Assembly: GCF_001194135.2 (NCBI RefSeq)
Contig: NC_068997.1
Coordinates: forward strand, 2,948,912 to 3,012,911
DNA from: Octopus bimaculoides
Lineage: Eukaryota
Direction: 5' to 3'
Length of the DNA: 64,000 nt
Numbering within the stretch: position 1 is the first letter of the stretch; every line of letters starts with the position of its first letter. This document shows positions 1-11,850 of this stretch, piece after piece. The translations under genes and the position numbers were made by a program. The notes beneath the pieces are model-generated. The model saw only the letters and a program-made list of their open reading frames with translations, made no database searches and was not told the DNA's origin.

Positions 1-259
1 AAGAAATGAAATTTCCATTCACATTCACACGCAAACGATTTCCTGTCAAGCCAGTTGTTGCTTTGACGTTCAACAAGGCACAGAAACAGACTTTTGAACA
101 AATTGGAATATATCTTCCGATACCATTCTTCTCACATGGTCAGCTGTATGTTGCATTATCTAGAGTTCGAATAAGTGCTAATGTAAGAGTATTGGCTGAG
201 GAAAATACAAATAGTTTGATTATGCTGACAGCTGTGTCTACAAGGAGATACTACTTTAA
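1..259 (+). mobile_element. Helitron RepHel C-terminal Pif1-type helicase fragment (frameshifted); continues off the left edge
   Basis: ORF 6..278 reads FPVKPVVALTFNKAQKQTFEQIGIYLPIPFFSHGQLYVALSRV, matching Pif1 helicase motifs V/VI (TINKSQGQT...HGQLYVALSRV). Another frame ends CVYKEILL* (TAA 257-259), like the N(I/V)VYxEVL end of Helitron proteins. Confidence 0.85.
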
Positions 260-510
260 TGCAAAATATGCTTTTTAGCAAGTTTCATTAAATAGAATTA
301 ACACATAAATTATATGTAAAGTAACATATATTCGTGAGGAATTAAATTGTTTTTGTATATTTGAACACATGCTGGATGAATGCTATCGTTATATTAGATC
401 ATTTTAAATTTGGGAATATTTGAAAAAGAAGGATATGCCATTCCCAGTTGCTCTCACAGCACCCGACTTTTGTGTGTGTGTGTGTATCCATCCATCCATC
501 CATCCATCCT

Positions 511-547
<37 letters not shown>

Positions 548-2530
548 GCACACCTATGTAAGTTCTACCAATCATTAACGATAAATATATATAACACATT
601 GACTCAGCTATATATCTACATATAAATTTCTGTTATGTCTCTTAGTTAGTTAGTTAGTCATACCTTCCATAATAGCCATATCATAAGTTTGACTCTGGAA
701 AATTTTTATAAATTCCTCTGCTAATATGTATCGATAAAAAGGCACTTGCGAAGCGTCTGTAATTATTTACTATCACAAATTTAAATATTTGTTGTCAAGC
801 CTTACATTCACTGCAGAGTAGTTTTTAACATTTGATAAACAATATTGATGTGTTCTGGCAAAATCTTTCGTTTCATTTGCAACACACTCTCACTTTATCT
901 CTATCCTGCCTCTAATTGTTTTCATTAATAAAAATCTACTTAATATATATTCATTGCAATTTTTCATTGCAAGTTTTATTTCGTTATTTCGGATGAGGAA
1001 ATCAGGTATTTTGTTGACTTAAATTCGCTGTGTAAATGCCCTTAGTTTATTGTTTATACATACTGAAATTAAATTATATTGAACAACTTATTAAAACATA
1101 CTGAAGCTTCAAACTCGTGTGAGTTATTTCATTTCCGCCGTTATCTACGAATTAGCAAGTGAATTTGTTGCTATAGCTAATTGATACGCTATAGGTATTA
1201 AAATAACTCTATGTGACCGCTGCTATTTTTTGGCACTTTAAACGTATTTGTATTACCTTGATGTTTGTTTAAAAAGAGAGATTATGACTGCGAATAATGA
1301 AAGCAATATTTATTAAACAAGTGAGCACTACAATTAAAAAAAATAATTAGACTTAAAATATAAAAATTATTAGAATTGGGAACCAAATATGGAAATATCA
1401 TCAACTGGCTATCGGAAAACCGTCCGGAGGGCAGTCTTTCAGATAGTCTATTTAAATGTGTGTATGAGTCTGCTATCTTATTACTTGACTGACCGGAAAT
1501 ATCAGCCACATTTCCCGATGATCCTAAAACAGCCTTTCAAAAAACGAAAAAGAAAAAAAAAACATAAAAAGAAAATAATAGGTTATATAGCACTGGATAC
1601 CCCAAAAATACGGTATGGAACTTGATAAACGATGGGTGAGCTTGAAAATGGCTGACCCCAAGGTTAATAATACAAAAACCAAAACTTCAGAAGACTATAA
1701 TTATGTGTCCATTTAGTTGTTAGCGACTTTTGTATTTGAGATAAACTGGCCACCAGAAAACTGTCATCCAAAATATTGCTGCTTAGCCTTAGGTCAGTCC
1801 TGATTAAACTTACTTGGCATCAAAGGTGGTCCACACATACGCATTCCCTTCTTCAATCACACAGTGTATCTAGGACAGCATTATCAAAAATATTTAGTTT
1901 AACATTATAGGCATTAATTGTGACTATTACTGTTGTTTATGCTTAGGATACTTCTGAATGAGGAAATCTATCATCAAAAGTATTCCAACTGTGACCATTC
2001 CGTTGGTTTTTGTTCAGGCAGTGTTCCTTGAACTATGTTAGTTAAGGTGTCCTTCCGTCTATGATAAATACTGTTATGAATTGAATGGAAATATGGCTGA
2101 TTTTTCTGGCAAGCAAACATATATAGGCCTTATAGTTGACTCAGGTTACAAAACATGTGAGTGGGTATCTACTTAAAAGTCTTGGCGGATTCATGAAGAA
2201 TGGTGGAATATATGAGGATATTGTGACTAATAAAAAAAGACAAGACTCTACTCACCTTTTCCTTCTTAAAGTCTCAAGGGATCGAATTTGTCACGAGGTG
2301 ATCGCTTAATTATTTAGATTGAAAATACATGAAGGAATTGCTCATTTGTCATTACAAATTTGCGAAACTATCGAAATCTCTGTTAGTCCATCCGCAAAGA
2401 ATCGATAAAATGCCAGATAACAGGAATTGTTCGGTAATTTTAAATGCAAAAACAGCGAAGTAGAGCTGAGAAAGTATTGCCAAATTAGTACCTCCTGACG
2501 CCGATGATAATTAGTAATACAGTGTTCATA

Positions 2531-2608
<78 letters not shown>

Positions 2609-2622
2609 AATAAAATAATAAT
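2531..2622 (+). repeat. (AAT)n microsatellite at the 5' junction of a Dong/R4 element
   Basis: About 30 near-perfect AAT units. Confidence 0.95.
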
Positions 2623-3584
2623 ACTGAAGGTGAAATTAAACGGACCGAATAAGATTGATGTTGTCAACACCTGGGCAGTTTCACTACTTAAATATGGTAC
2701 AAGGGTAATCGTATGGACAGCAGACGAACTAAACAGCTTAGACAGAAAGACAAGGAAGTTGCTGACTAGATATGGGATACTCTACCCAAAATGTGACACA
2801 GACAGACTATGTGCCAAGAAAAAGAAGGGGAAGTAGACTGATTGGATGCGAACACAGCATTAGAGCAGAAGAAAACAACAGCATGGTATGTAAAAAATGT
2901 CACAGAACCACTATTATTGAAAGTAAGAAAGTCAGGCTTGTGTAGAATAGAAAATTGCAAAGATAAAATACTGTACAAGGACTTAAGAAGGAATGAAACT
3001 GAAAACAGGTGGATAAAGAAAAGAATGCATAGACAATTTCATAGGGATGTTGAAGATAAGACAGACGGAGAAAAAAGATGGTTATGGATGAATAAAAGTG
3101 AAAAATCGGAAAGAGAGACTCTATCTGTACTGCCCAAGAGCAAGCATTAAGAACAAATTACATGAAATACAGAATAGACAACACATCAGATAGAAAATAG
3201 GAAACCAGATATAGTGTTGAGTAAGAAAGCAAACGATTCTGTATAATAGATATAGCATGCCCAGCTGACAAGGTATGCGATAAAGACGAAAGGAAAGTCG
3301 GCATGACAGATTAGCTTGGGACATCAAGCAGTAGTGGTCGATGAAAAAGGTAGCAGTAGTACCCATAATTGTCGGAGCCCTGGGAACAGTGAGTAAAAAT
3401 CTTGAGAAGTACATGGAACAAATGGGGGCCGCAATGATGGTGCAGCACTTGTAGAAAACAGCACTGCTTGGAACTACTCGATACTCCGGATGGTACTCGA
3501 AAAATAAGGAATGTTACATTAGTTCACTGGTAGTAAAGAGCTGACATCGGAGTACATCTCCAGCCTCAGAAGCTGTGAAAAGAC
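2621..3584 (+). mobile_element. 5'-truncated Dong/R4-clade (RLE) non-LTR retrotransposon, pseudogenised
   Basis: ILKVKLNGPNKIDVVNTWAVSLLKYG..WTADELNSLDRKTRKLLTRYGILYPKCDTDRL (RT thumb), then KPDIVL..IDIACP (PD..D restriction-like endonuclease) and VVPIIVGALGTVSKNLEKY..KTALLGTTRILRMVLEK*. (AAT)n lies on both sides. Confidence 0.85.
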
Positions 3585-3603
3585 AATAACTAATAATAAT
3601 AAT

Positions 3604-4235
3604 CCTTCTACTATAGGTACAAAGCAAGCAATTTGAGGTGGGGTGGGGTAAGACCATTACATTACTCAACTGGTACTTATTTTATAAGGACATCAAAAGC
3701 CGACCTCAGTGGAATTCGAACTCAGAACGTAGCGACGGTTGAAACACCGTTAAATATTTCGTTCAGCGTGCTAACAGTTCTACCAGCTCGTCGCCTTGAT
3801 AACAATAATAATAATCCTTTCTAGCATAGGCACAAGATCTCAAATTCGGGGAGGGGGATAGTCGGTTACATCGACCCCAGTACTTAACTGGTACTTATTC
3901 TACCGACCTCGAAAGAATGGACAAAGTGAACCTAGGGGGAATTTGAACTCAGAACGTAAAGACGGACGAAATACCGCTAAGTATATTGTCCGGCGTGCTA
4001 ACGATTCCGCCGGGTCGCTGCCTTTAATCCTTTCCTCTTCATCCGTCTGAAATTTGGAGGAAGAGGACTAGCGGAATACATCGACCCCAGTGTGTAACTG
4101 GTACTCAATTTATCAACCTCGAAAGGATGAAAGGCAAAGTCAACCTCAGCGGAATTTGAACTTAGAACGTAAAGGCGGACGAAATATCGCTAAGCATTCG
4201 CCCGGCGTGTTAACGGTTCTGTTAGTCCGCTGCTT
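3604..4235 (-). mobile_element. Three head-to-tail copies of tRNA-derived SINE family A (3604-3797, 3816-4024, 4029-4235)
   Basis: Each shares GGAATTTGAACTCAGAACGT (reverse B-box) and the AACTGGTACT(T/C)A core; diverged copies. Confidence 0.85.
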
Positions 4236-4349
4236 TATGCAGATAAATATTTCAAGATAAAAATACACACACATCCTTCTATCCTTCTTTCCCTTCATCT
4301 CTTCCCACTTCCATTTCCTCCTCCCTAAATCCCTCCGTCCATCAATACA

Positions 4350-4380
<31 letters not shown>

Positions 4381-4654
4381 GCATACACACAGACACAGAC
4401 ACAGTGATTTACTTTATAACTAGACAGCTATTTCCGCATATTGTGTTCCGTCAGGGTTTGATAATTATATTGTAATTAAATAACACAACACAGAAGTATT
4501 CTTTTCATGAGGAAAGAAATGATATTTGCTTTGTGCTAATTGACACTTTGGTGCCTCACTTCTTTTGAAATAAATACTTATTTAAATTTCGAGTCATCAC
4601 GTTTGTATTTGTTCGACTGATCTAAGCATTGTTTAACAATATATAACTTTCTTA

Positions 4655-4880
4655 AAGGCGGTCAGCTGGCCGAATCGTTAAGTTCGCTGGGCAAAAAGGT
4701 TAGAGTCATTTCGTCCGTCTTTACGTTCCGAGCTCATATTCCTCCCAGATCAACTTTGCCTTTCATCCTTTCGCGGTTGATAAATAAATAAGTACCAGTT
4801 GAGTACTGAAGTTGATGTAATCGACTCTTAGCCGCTGCCTCGAACTTGCTGGTCTTGTGCCAACATTTGAGACCAATACA
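4655..4880 (+). mobile_element. SINE family A copy
   Basis: A-box-like TGGCCGAATCG, core GCCTTTCATCCTTTCG..GATAAATAAGTACCAG, tail TTGTGCCAACATTTGAGACCAATA. Confidence 0.85.
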
Positions 4881-4911
4881 TAACTTTCTTTCCTACAGCT
4901 ATGGTCTAGAT

Positions 4912-5104
4912 CAGCGGTTCTCAACCGCGGCTATCACGACCACATTCGGTCCTCAAGCGTCCATCCGGCTGCCCCTGACCGCCTTCTCTCTATAAATATA
5001 ATAATGTTTTTCTTTAATTGAGCTGTCCTACTGTGTTGGTGCGGCTCCCTAAAAAAATCCATATTTGGACCTTGCCCTGATATTAAAATTGTTGAGACAC
5101 AATG
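4912..5104. mobile_element. hAT (Charlie-like) MITE, 193 bp, with perfect 8-bp TSD GTCTAGAT
   Basis: Starts CAGCGGTTCTCAACC and ends GTTGAGACACAATG. GTCTAGAT at 4904-4911 and 5105-5112. Confidence 0.85.
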
Positions 5105-5259
5105 GTCTAGATTAACTATTGTCATCCTGTTGTGTCGGATTAAATATGTTACCACACACTTTCGAGTTAGGATAGCCCGAAAATATGGTAAGGTCACGGC
5201 TGGAAGTTTTTGATGATAGACCTGGATTAAGTGAGTCATCAATATTTTTTGGTGACATA

Positions 5260-5480
5260 AAGCAGTGAGCTGGCAGAACCGTTAGCGATCCGGGCAAAAT
5301 GCTTACTGGCGTTTCGTCCGTCTTTACGTTCTGAGTTCAAATTCCACTGAGGTCGAGTTTGCCTTTCATCCGTTCAGGGTCGATAAATTAAATACCATTT
5401 GAACACTGGGGTCGTTGTAATCGTCTGGTCCCCCCTCCTCAAAATTGCTGGCCTTGTGCCAAAATTTGAAACCAATATTT
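5260..5480 (+). mobile_element. SINE family A copy
   Basis: A-box TGGCAGAACCG (5271), B-box GAGTTCAAATTCC (about 5333), same core and tail as the 4655 copy. Confidence 0.85.
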
Positions 5481-5829
5481 TGTAGCGCTTATTTAATCAT
5501 CCATATTTATTCGTCACATGATATAGGCCATCGAATAATCAACTTTACTTTTGAATGACATCATTGGACCGACGAAGGGTCTTCTGCGTGGTTGATAGAT
5601 CTGCTAGAAATAACAGCCAGATCTTAACATCAGACGCCTCTTGTCTTAGAGAAGAACACGTTGGATAATGTCATCCTGGGTTCTGTGGGGATAGAAAAGG
5701 TTGAGATGGTCACGGATGGATTGCTTTTTAATGCTATATCTGTTGATTCAATGCTGGCATGAGACTAAACCACAACAATTAGTTACCTTATATAGGCATT
5801 TCATGATATTTGTTACAGACGTCTTTTTG

Positions 5830-6110
5830 GTTGTTGTTGTTGTAGGAGCCGCACTACCATCACTACCACTACTACTCACCATTTCTACTACTTCCTCTAC
5901 TACACGACTATATTCACCACCACTACCACCTCCACCACCACCACCACCACCAGCAAAAAGCCAGTGACACAAACGCTTGATCATCACCTCTACCATCACC
6001 ATTACCACCACCGCAAGGACAGTTGCCACCATCACTAATGACGCAAACGACACCACCACCGCCACCCCCACCCACACCACCACCACCACCACCTGAATGA
6101 CGACCCTGGG
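5830..6110 (+). repeat. Degenerate (CCA/CTA)n low-complexity tract
   Basis: CACCAC runs; they produce the poly-Pro and poly-Gly ORFs in the track. Confidence 0.9.
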
Positions 6111-6249
6111 CTAAATACATCGATACGATATTATTAATATCACACTTGCAGCCTCAAATATTGATTGGATATCGCTCGACGACACAGAGAGAAACTGGCA
6201 ATATTTCATTCAAATAGTTGGTTTGCATTTTACTGAGATGGATTAGCCG

Positions 6250-7075
6250 AAGATCCTCCTCTTTCTCCACTTCCGCCTTCGTCTCCCCCTCCTTCTACTC
6301 TTCCTCCTTCTACTCCTCCCTCCTTCTACTCCTCCATCCTTCTTTTCTATCCTCCAGCATCCTCCTGCATCCTCATCCTCATCCGCTATCCACCTTCTCC
6401 TCCTCCGCTATCCCCCTCCTCTTCCTTCGTTATCCTCTCCCCCGTCCTCTTCCTCCTCCGCTATCCTGTTACTCCGCTAACCCCTCCTACATCCTCCTAA
6501 CTGCTTCTCTTCTTCCTATTGTCCTCCTCCCCTTCCCTCCTTCTCCTCTTCCTCCATTTCCACAGCATCCCTTCTCCCTCCCTTCCTCTTCTTCTTCCCC
6601 TTCTTTCTCTTCTTCTTGTTCTTCCTCTCCCTCCTCTTCTTCTTCTTCTTTTTCTTCCTTCTCCCCTTCTTCTTCCTCCCCCTCCTCCTCCTCCCCTTCT
6701 TCTTCTTCGTCCTCCTACTCCTCCGCCTCTTCTTCTTCTTCTCCTTCCTCTTCTTCCTCCTCCTCCTCCTCTACTTCTTCTTCTCCTCCTCCTCCTCCGC
6801 CTCCTCCTCTTCTTCTTCTTCTTCTTCTTCTTCTTCTTCTTTTTCCTCTTCTTCTAAATATGCTTTTTATACCTTTTTCTCTCACTGTTCTTTTTTACTT
6901 TCTTTCTTTATTATAAAATTTTCTCTTTTCTCTATTTCCCTAATGCTTTCGTCCTACCTTTCGTTTCCTTTCTTTTTTTTCTTCCCTCATTTCTTTATTT
7001 CTTTATTTCTTTATTCTCTCTCTCTCTCTCTTCCTCTCCCCCCCCTATCTCTCTCTCTTTCCCTTTTCTCATATA
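6250..7075 (+). repeat. About 0.8-kb polypyrimidine (CCT/CTT/CT)n tract
   Basis: Almost all C/T on the + strand; source of the poly-Ser/Leu/Phe ORFs. Confidence 0.95.
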
Positions 7076-7189
7076 TTTGTTTCTCTCGTTTCCAAAAGAT
7101 TTGCTGCAACACCTTCCACAGATGCCCTTTAAACATTATAGAATCTCAGAAAAGGAAAGAACTTTCATGATAATCATCATATCAACCAG

Positions 7190-7360
7190 AAAAAACAACA
7201 ACAACGACAACAAAACAGAACAAACAAGTGCAATAACAAAAATTGCCACAGCAGCAACAATGCCACACCCACCAACCACCACCAACAGCTCCATCACTAC
7301 CACCAACAACATCAGCAACAACACCAATCACAACACCAGCAGTAACAATAATAACTAACA
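7190..7360 (+). repeat. Degenerate (CAA/CCA)n tract; similar tracts at 18640-19230 and 57980-58200
   Basis: Imperfect AAC/CAC/CAG trinucleotide runs. Confidence 0.85.
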
Positions 7361-7789
7361 GAAACAGCGTGTTTTCGAGTTGTTTTGTTTCTTCAAGCAA
7401 CGTAAAAACATGTTCTTTGGAAATGTCTCACGTCTGTGGCACGTGCAGTAAACAATGTCTTTGGTAAATGTTACATGAACTTTGTCGATACAACTACAGA
7501 AATAAAACTCAAAAGACAAATAACAAGGAAACAACGAAACAACAAAGAATTCTATTTATATAGACACGCCTCTACACATTAATTCCAACCACTTCAGTTA
7601 AGTCGGATCTGGAACGGAGAAAATGGAAGGGATCAATAGCCCAATTTCTTCTTCATGCTGACGTATAGCATTCTAGAGTGATCTATCTTAAAGAATTCTT
7701 TCTCTCTATTGAAATATTGCAAATTCGGTCGCTAGTGCTGCTAAAATATCGTTTATATTTTGACGAATTATATCTTGTTCTTGTTTTTT

Positions 7790-8030
7790 TCCAATTATTT
7801 TTGATGAAATGAGGAAATTCTCACTTATTGTGGCAGAGAACTAAACAGTCATGATAGTGGCAATGGTTATTGGGGCTTTGGGGACTATAGTGGCAATGAT
7901 TATTGGGACTTTGCCGTGAGCTAAACTTGGAAAACTAGGCCTTAATATGGGAGCGAAGAGTTAGAGAGGAAAGAATCCCTATACTTGGTTCAGCTAAAAC
8001 TCTCTGAAAATTACTCGAATCAGCATGTGG
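7790..8030 (+). mobile_element. Dong/R4-like 3' endonuclease-region fragment with an in-frame 33-bp tandem duplication
   Basis: IVAMVIGALGT is encoded at 7854-7886 and repeated from 7887; downstream ERIPILGSAKTL*KLLE resembles the Dong C-terminus. Confidence 0.6.
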
Positions 8031-8314
8031 ATAAATATGAAAAGAACTTTCAGAGATGAAGGAACAATAATGTTTCTGCCTGGCTCAGTAGAAAGCGCAA
8101 TTAAATTGGTTAACGCAAGATTAACATGTAACAGTAGTACTATGGTGATATGATGATGATGATGATGATGATGATGATCCTCTCACTTGGAGGCAAATGG
8201 CCAAATATTTTGGTGGGAGGAGTTTAATCGATTACTTCAAATGGTATATATTTCCCCGAAACGATGAATGGCAAAGTCACGCTCGGGGAGTATTTGAAAT
8301 CATGTTACTCACTT

Positions 8315-8515
8315 AAGTACAAGGCCAAAATTTTTGAGAAGGTGACCAGTCGATTAGACCGATCCCAGTACGCAACTGGTACTTAATTTACCGACCTCGA
8401 AATGATGAAAGGCAGAGTCGACCTAGGCAGAATTTGAACTCAGAACGTAAAGACAGACGAAATACCACCAAGCATTTCGCCCGGCTCGCTACCGTTTCTG
8501 CCAGCTCGTCGCCTT
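8315..8515 (-). mobile_element. SINE family A copy (partial second copy at about 8180-8290)
   Basis: GAAAATGATGAAAGGCAGAGTCGACCTAGGCAGAATTTGAACTCAGAACG..GCCAGCTCGTCGCC. Confidence 0.9.
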
Positions 8516-8797
8516 ATTATTAATATTCTTTTCTTCTCTCGGCACAAATTTATGTTAGAGCGAAAGTTGATATAGCATAGATAGCAGAGGTGCATATATT
8601 CCATATCGCTCCAACATAAACTTCCGGATTATCCACACAAGGATTACTTTGCACGGATTTCTACACGGATATTTACCACTGGAATGAAACTACACTTCAA
8701 GTACTGTTCTCTCTTTTTTCAGCACATCACACTCTTTACCACTTCATACTAAAAATATCCGCCTATGGATATAATAATAGATTACTTTATTTTTTCT

Positions 8798-8846
8798 GTC
8801 TCCGATGAAGTGAAGTACTGGATCTTCCCAGAAACAGCTGTAAGAC
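8798..8846 (+). ncRNA. Minimal type I hammerhead ribozyme-like motif, probably a Penelope-like element remnant
   Basis: Stem I GTCT/AGAC, core CCGATGA (U4C variant), imperfect stem II GAAG/CTTC, GAAA, palindromic helix III ACAGCTGT, triplet GTA. Confidence 0.55.
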
Positions 8847-8934
8847 TCTATCCATAAAATACTTCTCCAACCTTACCTTTGCTCTCTTTATCTTTTTGTT
8901 TTTACATATTTACATATATATATATATATATATA

Positions 8935-9605
8935 NNNNNNNNNNNNNNNNNNNNNNNNNNNNNNNNNNNNNNNNNNNNNNNNNNNNNNNNNNNNNNNNNN
9001 NNNNNNNNNNNNNNNNNNNNNNNNNNNNNNNNNNNNNNNNNNNNNNNNNNNNNNNNNNNNNNNNNNNNNNNNNNNNNNNNNNNNNNNNNNNNNNNNNNNN
9101 NNNNNNNNNNNNNNNNNNNNNNNNNNNNNNNNNNNNNNNNNNNNNNNNNNNNNNNNNNNNNNNNNNNNNNNNNNNNNNNNNNNNNNNNNNNNNNNNNNNN
9201 NNNNNNNNNNNNNNNNNNNNNNNNNNNNNNNNNNNNNNNNNNNNNNNNNNNNNNNNNNNNNNNNNNNNNNNNNNNNNNNNNNNNNNNNNNNNNNNNNNNN
9301 NNNNNNNNNNNNNNNNNNNNNNNNNNNNNNNNNNNNNNNNNNNNNNNNNNNNNNNNNNNNNNNNNNNNNNNNNNNNNNNNNNNNNNNNNNNNNNNNNNNN
9401 NNNNNNNNNNNNNNNNNNNNNNNNNNNNNNNNNNNNNNNNNNNNNNNNNNNNNNNNNNNNNNNNNNNNNNNNNNNNNNNNNNNNNNNNNNNNNNNNNNNN
9501 NNNNNNNNNNNNNNNNNNNNNNNNNNNNNNNNNNNNNNNNNNNNNNNNNNNNNNNNNNNNNNNNNNNNNNNNNNNNNNNNNNNNNNNNNNNNNNNNNNNN
9601 NNNNN
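8935..9605. other. Assembly gap; others at 15490-15688, 17738-17868, 21690-22039, 24785-25166, 25961-26630, 29448-29667, 32722-32738, 44107-44517 and 53187-53624
   Basis: Runs of N, nearly all bordered by (TA)n or (TG/CA)n. Confidence 1.
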
Positions 9606-9637
<32 letters not shown>

Positions 9638-9779
9638 CATACATATATATTTACATACATAATACATGCATGCATGCATACATACATACATACATACATA
9701 CATACATAATACATACATACATACATACGTACATACATACATGCGCACATATACGTGCATGCCTGTCTCGGTGTGTGAG

Positions 9780-10990
9780 CATGATGGAGAAACTTAAGCT
9801 TGAGGTCTGGGAAACCGTTTACAGCAATCTTTTTCAACCTTCAGTGTATCTCGCTTTTTCACCGTCAGATGTTTTGTTAGAAGTGCCAACTCTTCTAATC
9901 AGTGAAATGGAGAAAGATCAAAAACTGATGAAGAAAGATAAATTTGTTCGTAAAAATGGTGTTGGAACGGAAATATTAAGGAGTGATGGAGAATAGCTGT
10001 GGAAAACTCTACCCCTACGTTACAGTTGATAGTCGAAAGAGAGGGAACATAGCCTTGTAGAAGGAGTCGAATACTATGTTACTTTATAATAAGGATTATT
10101 GGAAATAACCGAGAAACTATCGCCTTATATTCTTCTTGTTTGACAAAGGTCACATTCCCCAAACTATCGATACTACCCTACGACCAGCATCTAGGTGAGC
10201 AAGTAGGTTTTCAAATGTACTACAGTTTGATAGGCCAGCTATTCACTTTTACACTATTCTAGAACGAGCCAATGAATATCAGCTGCCTCTTTGTGTTGCT
10301 TTTGAACAGGTCTTTGATTGTTTTGAGTAGAATGCAGTGCCGAAGTCCCTGGAGATATAAGGATTTAAAATACAATATATTAAACTTCTCAGGGAGTCAA
10401 ACATTTAATGTAGCACAGCTATCTAGGAGGATATCAAATAATGACACCATCTCTCCGAAGCTCTTCAACGCACTTTCTGAAAGAGTAATTAGAGACATTG
10501 ATTGGAAAGGTGACATCAACATCAATAACGAGCCACTAATACAGTTCTGATTCAGGGACTTTCATCTTACTCATCATGAAGCCTCAATTCAGTTGTAGAC
10601 CATGCTCACAGTGCCGGATACCCTGAGTTCAGCTGTAGGCTTTGAAACAAGCTGTATGAAAACGAAGTACAAAGGTGCGGAAGCGCAGCACAAGGCTAAA
10701 GAATGTTGAATTTGAGAAAGAGATGGTGGGTGGAAGAGTGCGTCTTTTTGGAACAAACTGTAAAAATATGCTGAAATATGAACGCAGAAGTATCCTGTAG
10801 AATAAGACTAGAGTGGAATGTGGCTGCTTCGATGAAAGACATACTCAAAGTACAGCTAGACAAGGGTCTATGTGCTATTCTTATCAACAACACCATCATA
10901 CCCGAGTTCTTATACACAAGAGTGAAGTGGGTTACCTCGAAGATACAGAAAAGGAAGAACAACGACTGCAGACAAGTCAAAGCTAACTGC
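9780..10990 (+). mobile_element. RTE-clade LINE reverse transcriptase relic with stops, frameshifts and deletions
   Basis: VPTLLISEMEKDQKLMKKDKFVRKNGVGTEILRSDGE*LWK; RENYR; EQVGF; ILERANEYQLPLCVAFEQVFD; DTISPKLFNALSERVIRDIDWKG; EVSCRIRLEWN. Confidence 0.85.
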
Positions 10991-11679
10991 TAGAAATACA
11001 CATATCCATGCTTATCCACACACTCACACGCACGTGCACAAGCATACACTCACACATACATACATGTATGCATATATGCGTACATGTATACAGACATGTG
11101 CGCACACAAATCCCCATGCACACATATACACACATGCACATACACATATATGCATACATAATTCTTTTCTGTAATCACGTTAAACAAGATGAAGGAAAAA
11201 GAGCTCTCAATACTAAAAGTAGAACCATATGTGTAACTGAAGCTGAAATTCTACAATTCCTAACTTGGAATTATTCCGAGATCTTGAGACGGTTATGGTA
11301 TATGAAGCATTGAACTAAACATATAAACTGCATGAAGAATATGTTGAACATTGCATTGTAAGCACTAGTTGCTTAGCGAAAGATATCAAAGGAATATTAC
11401 TGGTTTTGACATTGTTTGTGGTTTGTAAAATAAAGAATAAAAAGCCAATTTGTTTTGAAAATAGTTTGTTTTTATAGAGGGAAATACAAAACATATGCAA
11501 AACATGATTTACTATATATATAAAAAAAAAATATTTGTATTTGTGAAAAAATTGTTAATACAGAACAGGAGATGCTATTTGTAACGGTTTAGAAGTAGTG
11601 ATCTCTGTAAATAAGAGATAAGCAATGTTTTTTTCTGGTATTATGTTTGCAATCATATAAACGTTATGAAACAAGAACT

Positions 11680-11850
11680 TCGCAGAATATCTGCAAAAAA
11701 CAACCGTCTCTGCCAACTCATCTAATGGCGTCAGACAAGGAGATACCATCTTTCCAAAGCACTATACCGCATGTCTCAAAATTGTAATTAGAGACATTGA
11801 TTGGAAAGGTAACATGAGCAGCAAGAACGAACTACCAACCTTGAAATGAT
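11680..11850 (+). mobile_element. Second RTE RT fragment, homologous to 10436-10540
   Basis: NGVRQGDTIFPKHYTACLKIVIRDIDWKG; shares GTAATTAGAGACATTGATTGGAAAGGT with the first copy. Confidence 0.85.

Noticed and set aside
5701-7467. Poly-Pro/Ser/Leu/Phe/Thr ORFs of up to 232 aa
   Set aside because: Translations of trinucleotide and polypyrimidine tracts, open in several frames at once; no domain.
8879-9996. Long ORFs spanning N-gaps (also near 15.2-16.0, 17.6-18.0, 21.4-22.2, 24.5-25.3, 25.9-26.7, 29.2-29.9, 44.0-44.6 and 53.1-53.7 kb)
   Set aside because: They are open only because N codons and (TA)n/(CA)n contain no stops.
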